This document shows, in pieces, positions 43,444 to 64,000 of a stretch of 64,000 nt of DNA (position 1 is its first letter; every line of letters starts with the position of its first letter). The notes under the pieces are model-generated. The model was not told where the DNA came from. It ran no database searches and saw nothing but the letters and a program-made list of their open reading frames with translations. The stretch comes from the human T2T-CHM13v2.0 reference genome, Homo sapiens, in assembly GCF_009914755.1 (NCBI RefSeq), contig NC_060931.1; one strand, written 5' to 3'. A program made the translations under genes and the position numbers.

Positions 43444-44002
43444 TGATATTGGAGTTAAAAAGAAATTATTTAGGCAGATAGTGAGGGTAAGGAAGTCCTC
43501 AGTAAGGTTTCCCTTTTAATGAAAAGCAGCCCCAAAATCATTTATTTTCTAACAAATAGCAGCCTGTAAAATCGAGCTGCAGACATAGATAAGCAAGCTG
43601 GAAACTTGCACAGGTGAATGCTGGCAGCTGTGCCAATAGGAAAAGGCTACCTGGGGACCAAGCATGTTCAACATGGGGGCTCCATCTTCCCTTTGCTTTG
43701 CCAACCACATGTACAGTAAGGAGCAGACAACATGGGCGCTGGCTGAATAGAACATCCATTTGCATAATAAGAAGATTAGGGTGGGGTAGCCAGCTTCTTC
43801 ATGCACTATGTAAATGTCACCCCTGGTCCAACTGATCTTTGGGCCCTAATGTAAATCAGACACCGCCTCCTCAAGCCAGTCTCTTTCTTTCACCTATTAA
43901 ACCTCTGCTCTTAACCTCACTCCACATATGTCCGCATCCTTGATTTCCTCAGCATGAGGCAATGAACCTCAAGTATTACCCCAAACGAACAATGTCGCTT
44001 CA
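43444..44002 (+). mobile_element. Solo LTR, MER50
   Basis: TGATATTGGAGTTAAAAAGAAATTATTTAGGCAG...GCTTCA with exact TSD TTAA. Confidence 0.8.
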
Positions 44003-44010
44003 TTAAGTCA

Positions 44011-44358
<348 letters not shown>

Positions 44359-45141
44359 TCACCAAAGTAGGCCTGAATTCCTAAGAAACAAAAGACTGCA
44401 GTATTGGAGCTTAAAGTTACTATCTGGATGTCTGTATGTTTATAAGTAAATGGATAAGCCAATGGAGTTGAATAGAAATTTACTACACAAGCCAGGCATG
44501 ATGGCTCACTCCTCCAGGTGGAGTTGCCACTCTTCTCTTGGTGCCAGGCTGGTCCCTGCCCATAGCATGGCATTGTAATTGTTTGAATGTGTGTCTGTTT
44601 CTTCCAGAGACCAGGAGCTTTATTGTAACCATCCCTGAGAGGGATCCTCTCAATGTCCTCAGAACACCAGCTAGATCATGGCACATCATAAGTTCTCAGT
44701 GAAGAGTCATCCATTGAGTGAGCAATGAGCTTGATGGGACTCTCCTGGATCCGCTCTGTGCCACTACACTGAGTCATATACCGGAGACACTGTGACTACA
44801 AGTTCTGTTACAGCAAATGATATCAAGTGACAATGCAACCTAACTGGAATAATTTGTTCAGGGACTGGAGAGAGCTTAGAAACATCCTCATTCTGCTACT
44901 ACTCATTCATCCTTATAATACTCCAAGACAGTCTTCCTGTGGGTGAGCCTGGAAGTCATCACTGTTTGCATCTCATTCTGCTCAAAGGTTTCCCTTTGAA
45001 ACAGTGATGACCTCCAGGCTCACCCACAGGAAGACTGTCCTGGAGTTGGGAGGGTTGTAAAAGACAAGGTTCTGTATATAAAGGTGGGGATGGAGGGACA
45101 TCCCTCACCAGTGCAGTGCTGCCCAGTGGGATGGGGGCGAT

Positions 45142-45224
45142 TCATCATTGTAGTCATTATTGTCATCATCACTACCATCATCATCATCATCATTGTCACT
45201 GCCACTGTCACCATTTCCACCACC
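45142..45224. repeat. (CAT)n/(CAC)n degenerate triplet repeat
   Basis: Direct reading. Confidence 0.85.
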
Positions 45225-45265
45225 AGAGTGGCTGCCAATAGCTAAGTGCTCTGAATAGGCCTTAC

Positions 45266-46318
<1,053 letters not shown>

Positions 46319-47018
46319 TTATCATCTTCACAATAGTTTGTAGAAGGAAAGTGACTTGGTGGGCCAGTGACCCCCGTCCAGATCAGTCTGACTTGGAAAC
46401 TCTTTCCACTCTCTCAAAACCAGCCAGCCCCCACCCTGACGCCATTGCCTGCTGGGGATGCCAATCTCTGAGCCATGCACACCCTCTGGGGCTCTGGCAA
46501 CTGTGCTCTGGGTGAAAAGACAGCAGATTGAGGGTAGGAAGATACAGGCCCATGACCCAAAGCAGGATCCAGGCAGCCCACCTGGGGGCTGGGGCCATGC
46601 TTTTGGACTCACTGATAAACCATTGTGGGCATCTTCTGAGCCAGGCAGGATAAAGGGAGGACAGCCCCTGGGGCCCTAAAGTCAAGGCTGCCACTGACAG
46701 TGAATGAGCTTCTGTCACTGTTGTCACTGTCCTTAATGGGGACACTAAAAACTCAGCTTACCGAATGGGCTCTGGGCCAGAAAACAAACAGAAACATATG
46801 CATTTCCAAATGTGGTCTGTTCACCAGGGTAGCCTGTGCTTGAAACTAGCATGTGGAGGTGGTGCCCATGGGACATCCAGGAGGAGGCATGGGAGAAAGG
46901 CCTCTGCTCACTTCTCAGATGCTGACCACTGGAAACAAGAGGCCAGATGGGCTGGTGAGGTCTGCTCTTACTCCTCTTTTCAAACACAAGCCTAGAATCT
47001 ATTTAAATATATATTTGC

Positions 47019-47770
<752 letters not shown>

Positions 47771-47929
47771 ATGTTTGCTTATATTTGGAAATCTTTGCCA
47801 GACATTTCATTGCTTGTCATATGGACAAATGATGAAAGTAAATAATTTTGTGGAATGGAGTGCTGAGGCTAGCTTATACCGGCTCACAAGAGGAAATTGT
47901 TAAGTTTTAAGGACTGTTGTGAGCTGACA

Positions 47930-48798
47930 GTTGACCACCAAAATGAGTGATTTAGACCTAAGTCGTGAATCATCAAAGTTTATTCAGCCAAGTAGAGGGT
48001 ATGCCTGGGAAAACAGGAGTCACAGAAGCTTCTGTGACTGTATTTTCCCAAAGAGGTTTATTATTTATACATTTTCCTTTAAAAAGGTTGGGGGGTGCGC
48101 CAGGAGTGGTGGCTCATGCCTGTAATCCCAGCACTTAAGGAGGCTGAGATGGACTGATCACTTGAGCCCAAGAGTTCAAGACCAGCCTAGGCAACGTAGC
48201 AGAACTCCATCTCTACAAAAAAAAAAAAAGAAAGAAACTTAGCTGGGCGTGGTAGTGGACACCTGTGGTCACCAGCTACTTGGGAGGCTGAGGTGGGAGA
48301 ATAGCTTGAGCCTGGAGGGGCAGAGGTTTCAGTGAGCCACTGCACTACAACCTGGGTAACAGACTGAGACCTTGCCTCAGAAAAAAAAAAAAAAAGGCTG
48401 GGGAGGCAGCAGTGAGACAAATAATTACATGTTTGTGAGGCTTTTGTTAATACCCAATAAATCTACATTTTACATAAGATAAGGTGAACATTTGAAGCTA
48501 AAGGGAACAGATGAAGCAGGGGGGCTCGGGGAGGAATGAAGAATTACTTTTATCTTGTCTTTGTTATGTACCTGGGAAGATAAGCTAGTAGTATTTGAAA
48601 GAGATGGTTTCTGTTTAGTCCTTACAGAATAAAACCTAATAGCTATTAGTAAGGGAGGGGGTATAATGAGGTATTTCTGATCTCCCTTCCCATTGTGGCC
48701 ATTAATTCTGTCTTCCAGGGTTTCTCTGGGGTTCCCATGGGCAAGAGAGGATCCATTCAGTCAGTTGGGGGCTTAGAATTTTATTTTTATTTCTTGCA
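47930..48798 (-). mobile_element. MER4-group solo LTR with an internal Alu (48097-48395)
   Basis: Ends ggggcttagaattttatttttatttc, the reverse of the MER4-type LTR start aaataaaattctaagcccc. Confidence 0.6.
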
Positions 48799-49247
48799 GT
48801 TAACCTATTATTAACAATTAAATTGTAAAACTTGCAATTAAATTATTTTTAAAACAAAAGTAATATCTATTTAAAACCAATCACATCTCCAGCCTGGGCA
48901 ACATGGTGAAACCCCATCTCTATAAAAAATATAAAAGTTAGCTGGGCATGATGGTGATGCCCATAGTTGCAGCTACTTGGGAGGCTGAGATGGGAGGATT
49001 GCTTGAGCCCACGTGGCGGAGGTTGCAGTAAGAGATCACACCACTGCACTCCAGCCTGGGCAACAGAGTGAGACCCTGTCTCAGAAAATAAAATAAAATA
49101 ATACCAATCACATTTAATTTTTTTTCATTTCAACCACCTGGTCAGTTTCCATAATTATTTTAATTTAATTTGAATGTGACTATCTTCTTGAGGGATATTT
49201 ATTCATGCATAGTGCAGTAACGTGCTGCAGCATATCTTTTCCTATGG

Positions 49248-51125
<1,878 letters not shown>

Positions 51126-51748
51126 CCCAACTCCACTTTCAGGAACATCACTGGTGTCTGGAAATCAGCCATGTCAGGAGCATTTACACCACAGAAATTG
51201 GCAGATGGCTTCCCTGCCCCCATCCTGGAGAGCCAGTTGTTACACACTGACACCCACACTGCCTTCGTAGGCCCAGCGGGGCTAGTGGCCTGGGCAGGTT
51301 TTCCCTTGCTCCTTCCCTTCTGCTCCCTCCAGGACAGAGCCTGGACAAATGAGAATCCAAGTGAGTCCTCACCCACCACCTTTCTTGTGCTGACCCAGGA
51401 CCCAAAGCCCCACATTTAGCCCCTTCCTTCAGGTCTCCTGGAAAGTTGGACTATGGTGACTGTCTTCAAAGAGCCTACTGTCTAGGAGCACAGGGATACA
51501 GATATTAAACAGAAAGCCATCAGATCACTCTTCCATTAGCACTTGTGATTAGTGCTACAAAGAAATCACAGGAGGGAGTCAGAGACAATGCAGATCCATC
51601 TCAGAACATGGTTGCTATAAGCCCAGTGGGTGTTACTGAGTGGGACTCAGTTAACATTTGTTTTACAAATTTAAACAGAAATGATTTTTAAGTTGACATC
51701 TAAAGTTTGAGTAGTATATTACTTTCCTATTGCTGCTGTAGCACATTA

Positions 51749-52392
51749 CTGATAGTGACAGGAGACAGACAAAATCCTAGGCAGACAGGTCCCTGGTGAA
51801 ACTCAACCTTCAGGCCAAGGACTGTCTGAAGCCTGAAAACTGAGCTGCCAGTTCTGGGTAGAGTCCACAACCAGAGTGAAAGCTTCTATCTCCATCTTAC
51901 CCATTCTCTCTTGATTGGTTCCTTCTTAATGATGCCTTTTAACCAAATGAATGGTTCATCTTCCAAGCCTACCCATGGACCAATCAGCATGCATTCTCCC
52001 ATTCTAAGCTCATAAAACCCCCAGATTCAGCCTCACAGACAGCAACCTGATTTTGGGTACCCTCTCACTGCTGAGAGCTTTCTTTCTGTTGCTCAGTAAA
52101 ACTCTACTCTGCCTTACTCACTCTCCAGTGTCCCCATACCTTATTCCTCTTGGTTGCAGGACAAGAACCCGGAACTTGCTGAACCACAGGAGCTAAAGGG
52201 CTGTAATGCTCTTGCTCACCTAGCTATGGGTGGCAGGAGTAAAAGAGCTGTAACATTCCCTCCCACTCACTGAGCTATGGAAGTGAAGAGGCCGCTGGAT
52301 GCCACTCCTTTCTGCTCACTGAGCTACAGAAGTGAAGAGGCCACTGGGTGCCACTCCCTCCTGCTTGCTGAACTACAGGAGTGAAAAATCTG
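51749..52392 (+). mobile_element. ERV1 LTR (LTR9/MER61/LTR28-like)
   Basis: TGATAGTGACAGGAGACAG start, CCAAT, AGTAAA, and 3' internal repeats (gagctac/tg...agtgaagaggcc). Confidence 0.55.
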
Positions 52393-52443
52393 ATGGCCTA
52401 AACAACACACATTTATTATCTTACAGCTGTGGAGATCAGAAGT

Positions 52444-53127
<684 letters not shown>

Positions 53128-53394
53128 AAATAGGTCTAAAATGGATCAGCAGGGCTGTATTCCTTCTAGAGGCCCTAGGAGAGAATTTCTTTCCTTGCCT
53201 TTTCCAGCTTCTAAAAGCCTCTTGCATTTCATGGCTCATCTCCCTTACTCCATCTTCAATGCCAGCAGGGAAGCATCTTCAAATTCCTCTCTCTCCTCCT
53301 CCATCCATTCTCTCCCTCTCTCTTTATCACTATTTTTATCCTAGTCACATCTTCTCTAACTCTGATCATCCTTACTCCTCTTTCCCTTAGGACT

Positions 53395-54423
<1,029 letters not shown>

Positions 54424-54495
54424 GGGCCCTTGTGATTATAGTGAGCTCACCCAGATAATCCAGAACAATCTCCCTATCTCAAGACTCTTCTTTTG

Positions 54496-55410
<915 letters not shown>

Positions 55411-55507
55411 ATTAAGACTCTTAATCATATTGGCAAAGTACCATATTCACAGGTCTGGGAATTGGAACATGCACATCTGTGGGAGCTATTACTCAGCCAA
55501 CCACAGT

Positions 55508-57543
<2,036 letters not shown>

Positions 57544-57544
57544 T

Positions 57545-59991
<2,447 letters not shown>

Positions 59992-60486
59992 TGCCGAGAC
60001 CAGCTCAGTCGTGGAGGCCCTAACTCAGCGGCACTAGAGGAATTAAAGACACACACACAGAAATATAGAGTGTGGAGTGGGAAATCAGGGGGCTGGCAGC
60101 CTTCAGAGCTGAGAACCATGAACAGAGTTTTACCCACATATTTATTGACAGCAAGCCAATGATAAGCATTGTTTCTATAGATTATAGATTAAAATGGGAA
60201 ACAAAGGGATGGGCCAAAACAAAGGGATGGGCTCTGGCTAGTTATCTGCAGCAGAAACATGTCCTTAAGGCACAGATCACTCATGCTATTGTTTGTGGTT
60301 TAGGAACGCCTTAAGTGGTTTTCTGTCCTGGGTGGGCCAGGTGTTCCTTGTCCTCATTTCAGTAAACCCACAACCTTCAGCATGGGCATCATAGCCATCA
60401 CGAGCATGTCACAGTGCTGCAGAGATTTTGTATATGGCCAGTTTTGGGGCCAGTTTATGGCCAGATTTGGGGGCCTGTTCCCAACA
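59992..60486 (-). mobile_element. MER9 3' LTR of HERV-K(HML-3)
   Basis: Minus strand TGTTGGGAACAGGCCCCCAAA...CTCGGCA, preceded by PPT aaaaggggga. Confidence 0.85.
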
Positions 60487-60489
60487 TGT

Positions 60490-61640
60490 TCCCCCTTTTG
60501 GTTTTTGCAAAATGACAAAAGCAAAGGCGGCTTTATCACGATGAGCCACTTCTCACAGGAGTCGGGATCTGCATTTGCAGACTATACAAAGACAAACAAC
60601 ACAGATTAATAGCAAAATCATTATTGAAATCATAGAGCCTCCAAGTGTTTTTATCCATTTTAATGGGTTAATAGCTGCTAATCCGTCTGCAGTTCCTTCA
60701 AGTACTCCAGTTCCTGGTGTTAAGGTCAGGTGTGCCTGGGATGCCTTAAATATTTGTACTTTTAATTTTGCAATATCCAAAGAGAAGTTTGTAGAGTATC
60801 CTTCTAGATGCTTTTTAATTCTTTCTTAAATTTTGATCTTATTAAGAGCCATTAATAGTTTCCACAAATCCTTATGTTTAGCTTCTAGAGCAGGCCGTAT
60901 CATTTGAGGTTGAGGTGCCACTATACCGCCATGTTTCCAGACAATAGGAACTCTTGCCATATTTCTTACCATTTCTACCATCTGACTGTTTTGTTTAGAC
61001 CAGCTGAACATAGTGTGGCTGTGGCACGCAGACTAAGAGGTATAATTCAAGCTAAACATCTCCTTAGGGGACCAATCAATAATGATTCCATAGGAATCGC
61101 TGCGCAGCACCTCTGCCTGTTCTGCAATGCAGTCTTCCTAAATAAGTATGTTCATTATTTCTGGCCAGGTCCAATTCTTTTACAAATAGATTTTTGAGGG
61201 TGGTATGCCTGAATTATAGGAGCAGATTCATTATGGTAAATACTGAGACTAGAAAGCATGTGTAAATGTGTTATAGAGTGATTACATCCAGGCATTATTG
61301 CTAGCCAAGATTGATAAATATGCCTAATAAGTATAATTGTTCTCTGTGTCAGCCCTTGTTGAAGCAATACTCATGGCAATGGTGATCACTGCTATCATAG
61401 CTACCATTAAATTACTCATTGTGACTGGTTGTCCCACTTTCCTCAGGTTTTCTTCCACCATCTGTGACAGTTTCTTGATCTGTCCTCTGGTTGGTGGCTG
61501 TGTTCAATGGGTGTTGCTTGTGACAGTTGGGGTCCTCCTTAGCATCAGTCTTGACATGGCTGCAACTGGGGGGTCCTCGGGATCCTCTTGGAATCTCTTC
61601 CTCAGCATCTGGCTCATGATAAGGTTTCAGCTGTCTTGAT
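60490..61640 (-). pseudogene. env: HML-3 env remnant
   Basis: TM end (DIAKLKVQIFKASQAHL...INPLKWIKTLGGS...LLLICVVCLCIVC) and SU fragments. Disrupted. Confidence 0.8.
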
Positions 61641-63150
61641 AGTATCCAAATTGGCTGTTGATTCAGTCCTGGAGAAACACAAGCATAACCTCTATGCCAA
61701 GTTATTATTTTACCTATTTCCCAACTTTTTGTCATCAGATCTCTCCATTAAACCAGTTGTTCTGCTTCTGTCTTTGCAGCTGGTTTCTGTAGATGCTGTT
61801 CAGCTGCTGATAGCACCTGGCCTTTAGGCAGGCTCAAAAAATTTAAAGTCAATAATGCTAGATTCAATTGTATATGAGGTGTCCTGTAGTCCCTGTTTTC
61901 CCCCTTTTGCTTTTGCAACTGCTGTTTCAGGGACTATGTTTCAAAGACTATGGCTTGTCTTTGAGAATTATATGGGACACCAATAATGTGTTTAATATTC
62001 CATACAGAGAGAAATGTAGCTAGAACTTGGCTAGTATAGCCTGGGGCATTATCTGTTTTAGTAGAAGCTGGAATGCCCATCACTGCAAAACACTGCAAAA
62101 GGCGACGTTTAACACAGGCAGAAGACTCTCCTGATTGGCATGTAGCCCAGACAAAGTGAGAAAAGGTGTCCACACATACATGTACCTAAGCTAGTCTCCT
62201 GAATGAGAGAACATGTGTGACATCTATTTGCCAAAAAGAATTAGGTTCCAATCCTCAAGGATTAACTCCTCCTGTAAACGATGAGGAATGCACCATTTGG
62301 CAAGTTGGGCATCACTGGATAGAAAATAGATTACTCATGGCATAGGTAGGAATGCCTAGAGCAGGTTGCATCCAATTAATGCCCCACAGTAATTTTTGAA
62401 AGTCATTTAATGTTTTCAATTGAGCCCTACGTATGGTTACTTTCTGTGGCACTATTGTAGTGTCATTTACTAAGGTCCCGAAGTAGGAGTAAGGAGTAGT
62501 AGTCTAAATTTTGTCAGGAGCTATAATTAAACCAGCATGAGAAATCACATTTTGCAAGTGATCATAACATTGGAGTAATATTTCTCCAGTGGGGGCAGCA
62601 CAAACTATATCACCCATATAATGAATAATGTAACACTGTGAAAATTTTTTACAAGTAGGTTCAATTGCTTGCCCTACATACATCTGGCAAATTGTTGGAC
62701 TGTTTAACACGCCCTGTGGCAACACTTTCCAATGAAAACACTTAGCAGACTGTAGGTTGTGTACTCAGGAATTGTAAATGCAAACTATTCACAGTCTTGC
62801 TCAGCTAAGGGGATAGCAAAGAAAGTCTTTTAAATCTATGACTATTAAAGGCCAATTTTTTGGAATCATAGTAGGAGAAGGCAGTGCTGGCTGCAATATC
62901 CCCATAGGTTGTATAACTGAATTAATGGCTCTAAAGTCAGTTAACATTCTCCATTTACCTGTTTTTTTCTTACTTATGAAAACTGGAGAATTCCAAGGGG
63001 AAAATGTTGAAGCTATGTGTCCTTTTTCCAATTGTTCATTAACTAAGTCCTCTAAAGCCTCCAGTTTCTCTTTACTTAGTGGCCATTGTTCTATCCAAAT
63101 TGGCTTATTTGTTAACCATTTTTAAGGTATAGGTTCTGGAGGCTTAACAA
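61610..63150 (-). pseudogene. pol: HML-3 pol remnant (RT and integrase; RNase H deleted)
   Basis: [47 protein letters not shown] (YMDD mutated). IN motifs DTFSHF...KTDNAPGY...[12 protein letters not shown]. Confidence 0.88.
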
Positions 63151-63168
63151 TGGCCTCCATCAAAAATC

Positions 63169-63630
63169 TTATCCCAAACCTTGGCAGGAACTTTGTCTTT
63201 CCACTTGAAGCAGTTCCTTCAAACCTTGCAAATTTTTTCCTAGTCCCATACCAGGGACATACCCCATTTCATGCATCATATGTTGACTTTGAGGGCTGTA
63301 TAATTGCTCTGGAATTAGAACTTGTGCTCCCCATTGTTGTAATAAATCTCTCCCCCATAAATTTATAGGTGCAGAAGTTATAATTGGTTGAATAGTCCCA
63401 GGTTGTCCATCGGGCCCTTCACAATGCAAAATATAACTATTTTGATATACTTCAGGGGCTTTACCAACTCCAACTATATTAAATTGAGCGGGTTGAATTG
63501 ACCATGCGGATGGCCAGTGCTGTAGAGAAATGATGGAAATGTCCACTCCTGTATCTACCAAACCTTTAAATTTCTTTCCCTGAATAGTTATTCCACAGGT
63601 AGGACGTTTATCACAATTTGATTCACCCAA
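63169..63630 (-). pseudogene. pro: HML-3 protease with C-terminal G-patch
   Basis: LVDTGVD active site, LWGRDLL, G-patch MMHEMGYVPGMGLGKNLQG. Frameshifted from the dUTPase domain. Confidence 0.88.
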
Positions 63631-64000
63631 TAAGCTGCTTTGCCTTGTTTATTTTTGCTTCCAAATCCTCCTGTTTGTTTAATTTTACTTTTCCCCATTT
63701 TCACATACGGCACAATCAGGAGCTGTGCTATGCACTCTCCTGGCTCTGCTTTCCAGGGAACAGAAGTAGATATAACAATTTGAATTTCTCCATTGTAATC
63801 TGAATCAATGACTCCTGTATGTACTTGCACTCCTTTTATATTTAAACTAGATCTACCTAGAAGTAATCCTATCATCCCCGCTGGCAAGGGTCCACAGACC
63901 CCTGTTGGAACTTTTTGCAGGGGTTCCCCAGGCAGAAGACTGACAGATTTTGTGCAGCATAAATCTACCACGGCACTACCAGCTGTGGCGGGGGACAGAC
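63588..64000 (-). pseudogene. HML-3 dUTPase domain (N-terminal part of pro); provirus continues beyond window
   Basis: dUTPase motifs VDL, GRSS, GVIDSDYNGEI, IAQL, TGGFGS. Confidence 0.88.

Noticed and set aside
63588-63971. dUTPase as a captured host gene or novel system
   Set aside because: dUTPase is the normal N-terminal domain of betaretroviral pro; here it is frameshifted from the protease.

Overview
Human (or great-ape) genomic DNA, not prokaryotic. The first 7.6 kb hold the last three coding exons of BLVRA (biliverdin reductase A, + strand, C-terminus ...[11 protein letters not shown]). From recalled annotation this places the window on 7p13, between BLVRA and MRPS24. The remaining ~56 kb is almost entirely transposable-element debris. 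The main structure is a three-level nested retrovirus at 8811-25936. A deleted LTR3/HML-6 provirus (6-bp TSD TTACCC) with an apparently chimeric two-matrix gag contains an LTR10F/HERV-IP provirus, which contains a second HERV-IP provirus (TSD ATAG); it also carries a solo LTR2. Further downstream are an LTR8-terminated MER4-group provirus, many solo LTRs, about 50 Alus, L1 fragments, a small CpG-rich element with a strong CTCF motif, a ~1.3-kb degenerate telomere-variant hexamer tract, a THE1 element, and the 3' part of an HML-3 (MER9) provirus on the minus strand. I found no new protein-coding gene, CRISPR array or RNA gene. Repeat family names come from recall of consensus sequences rather than a search, and Alu boundaries are approximate. 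TSDs, splice sites and LTR ends were read directly from the sequence.
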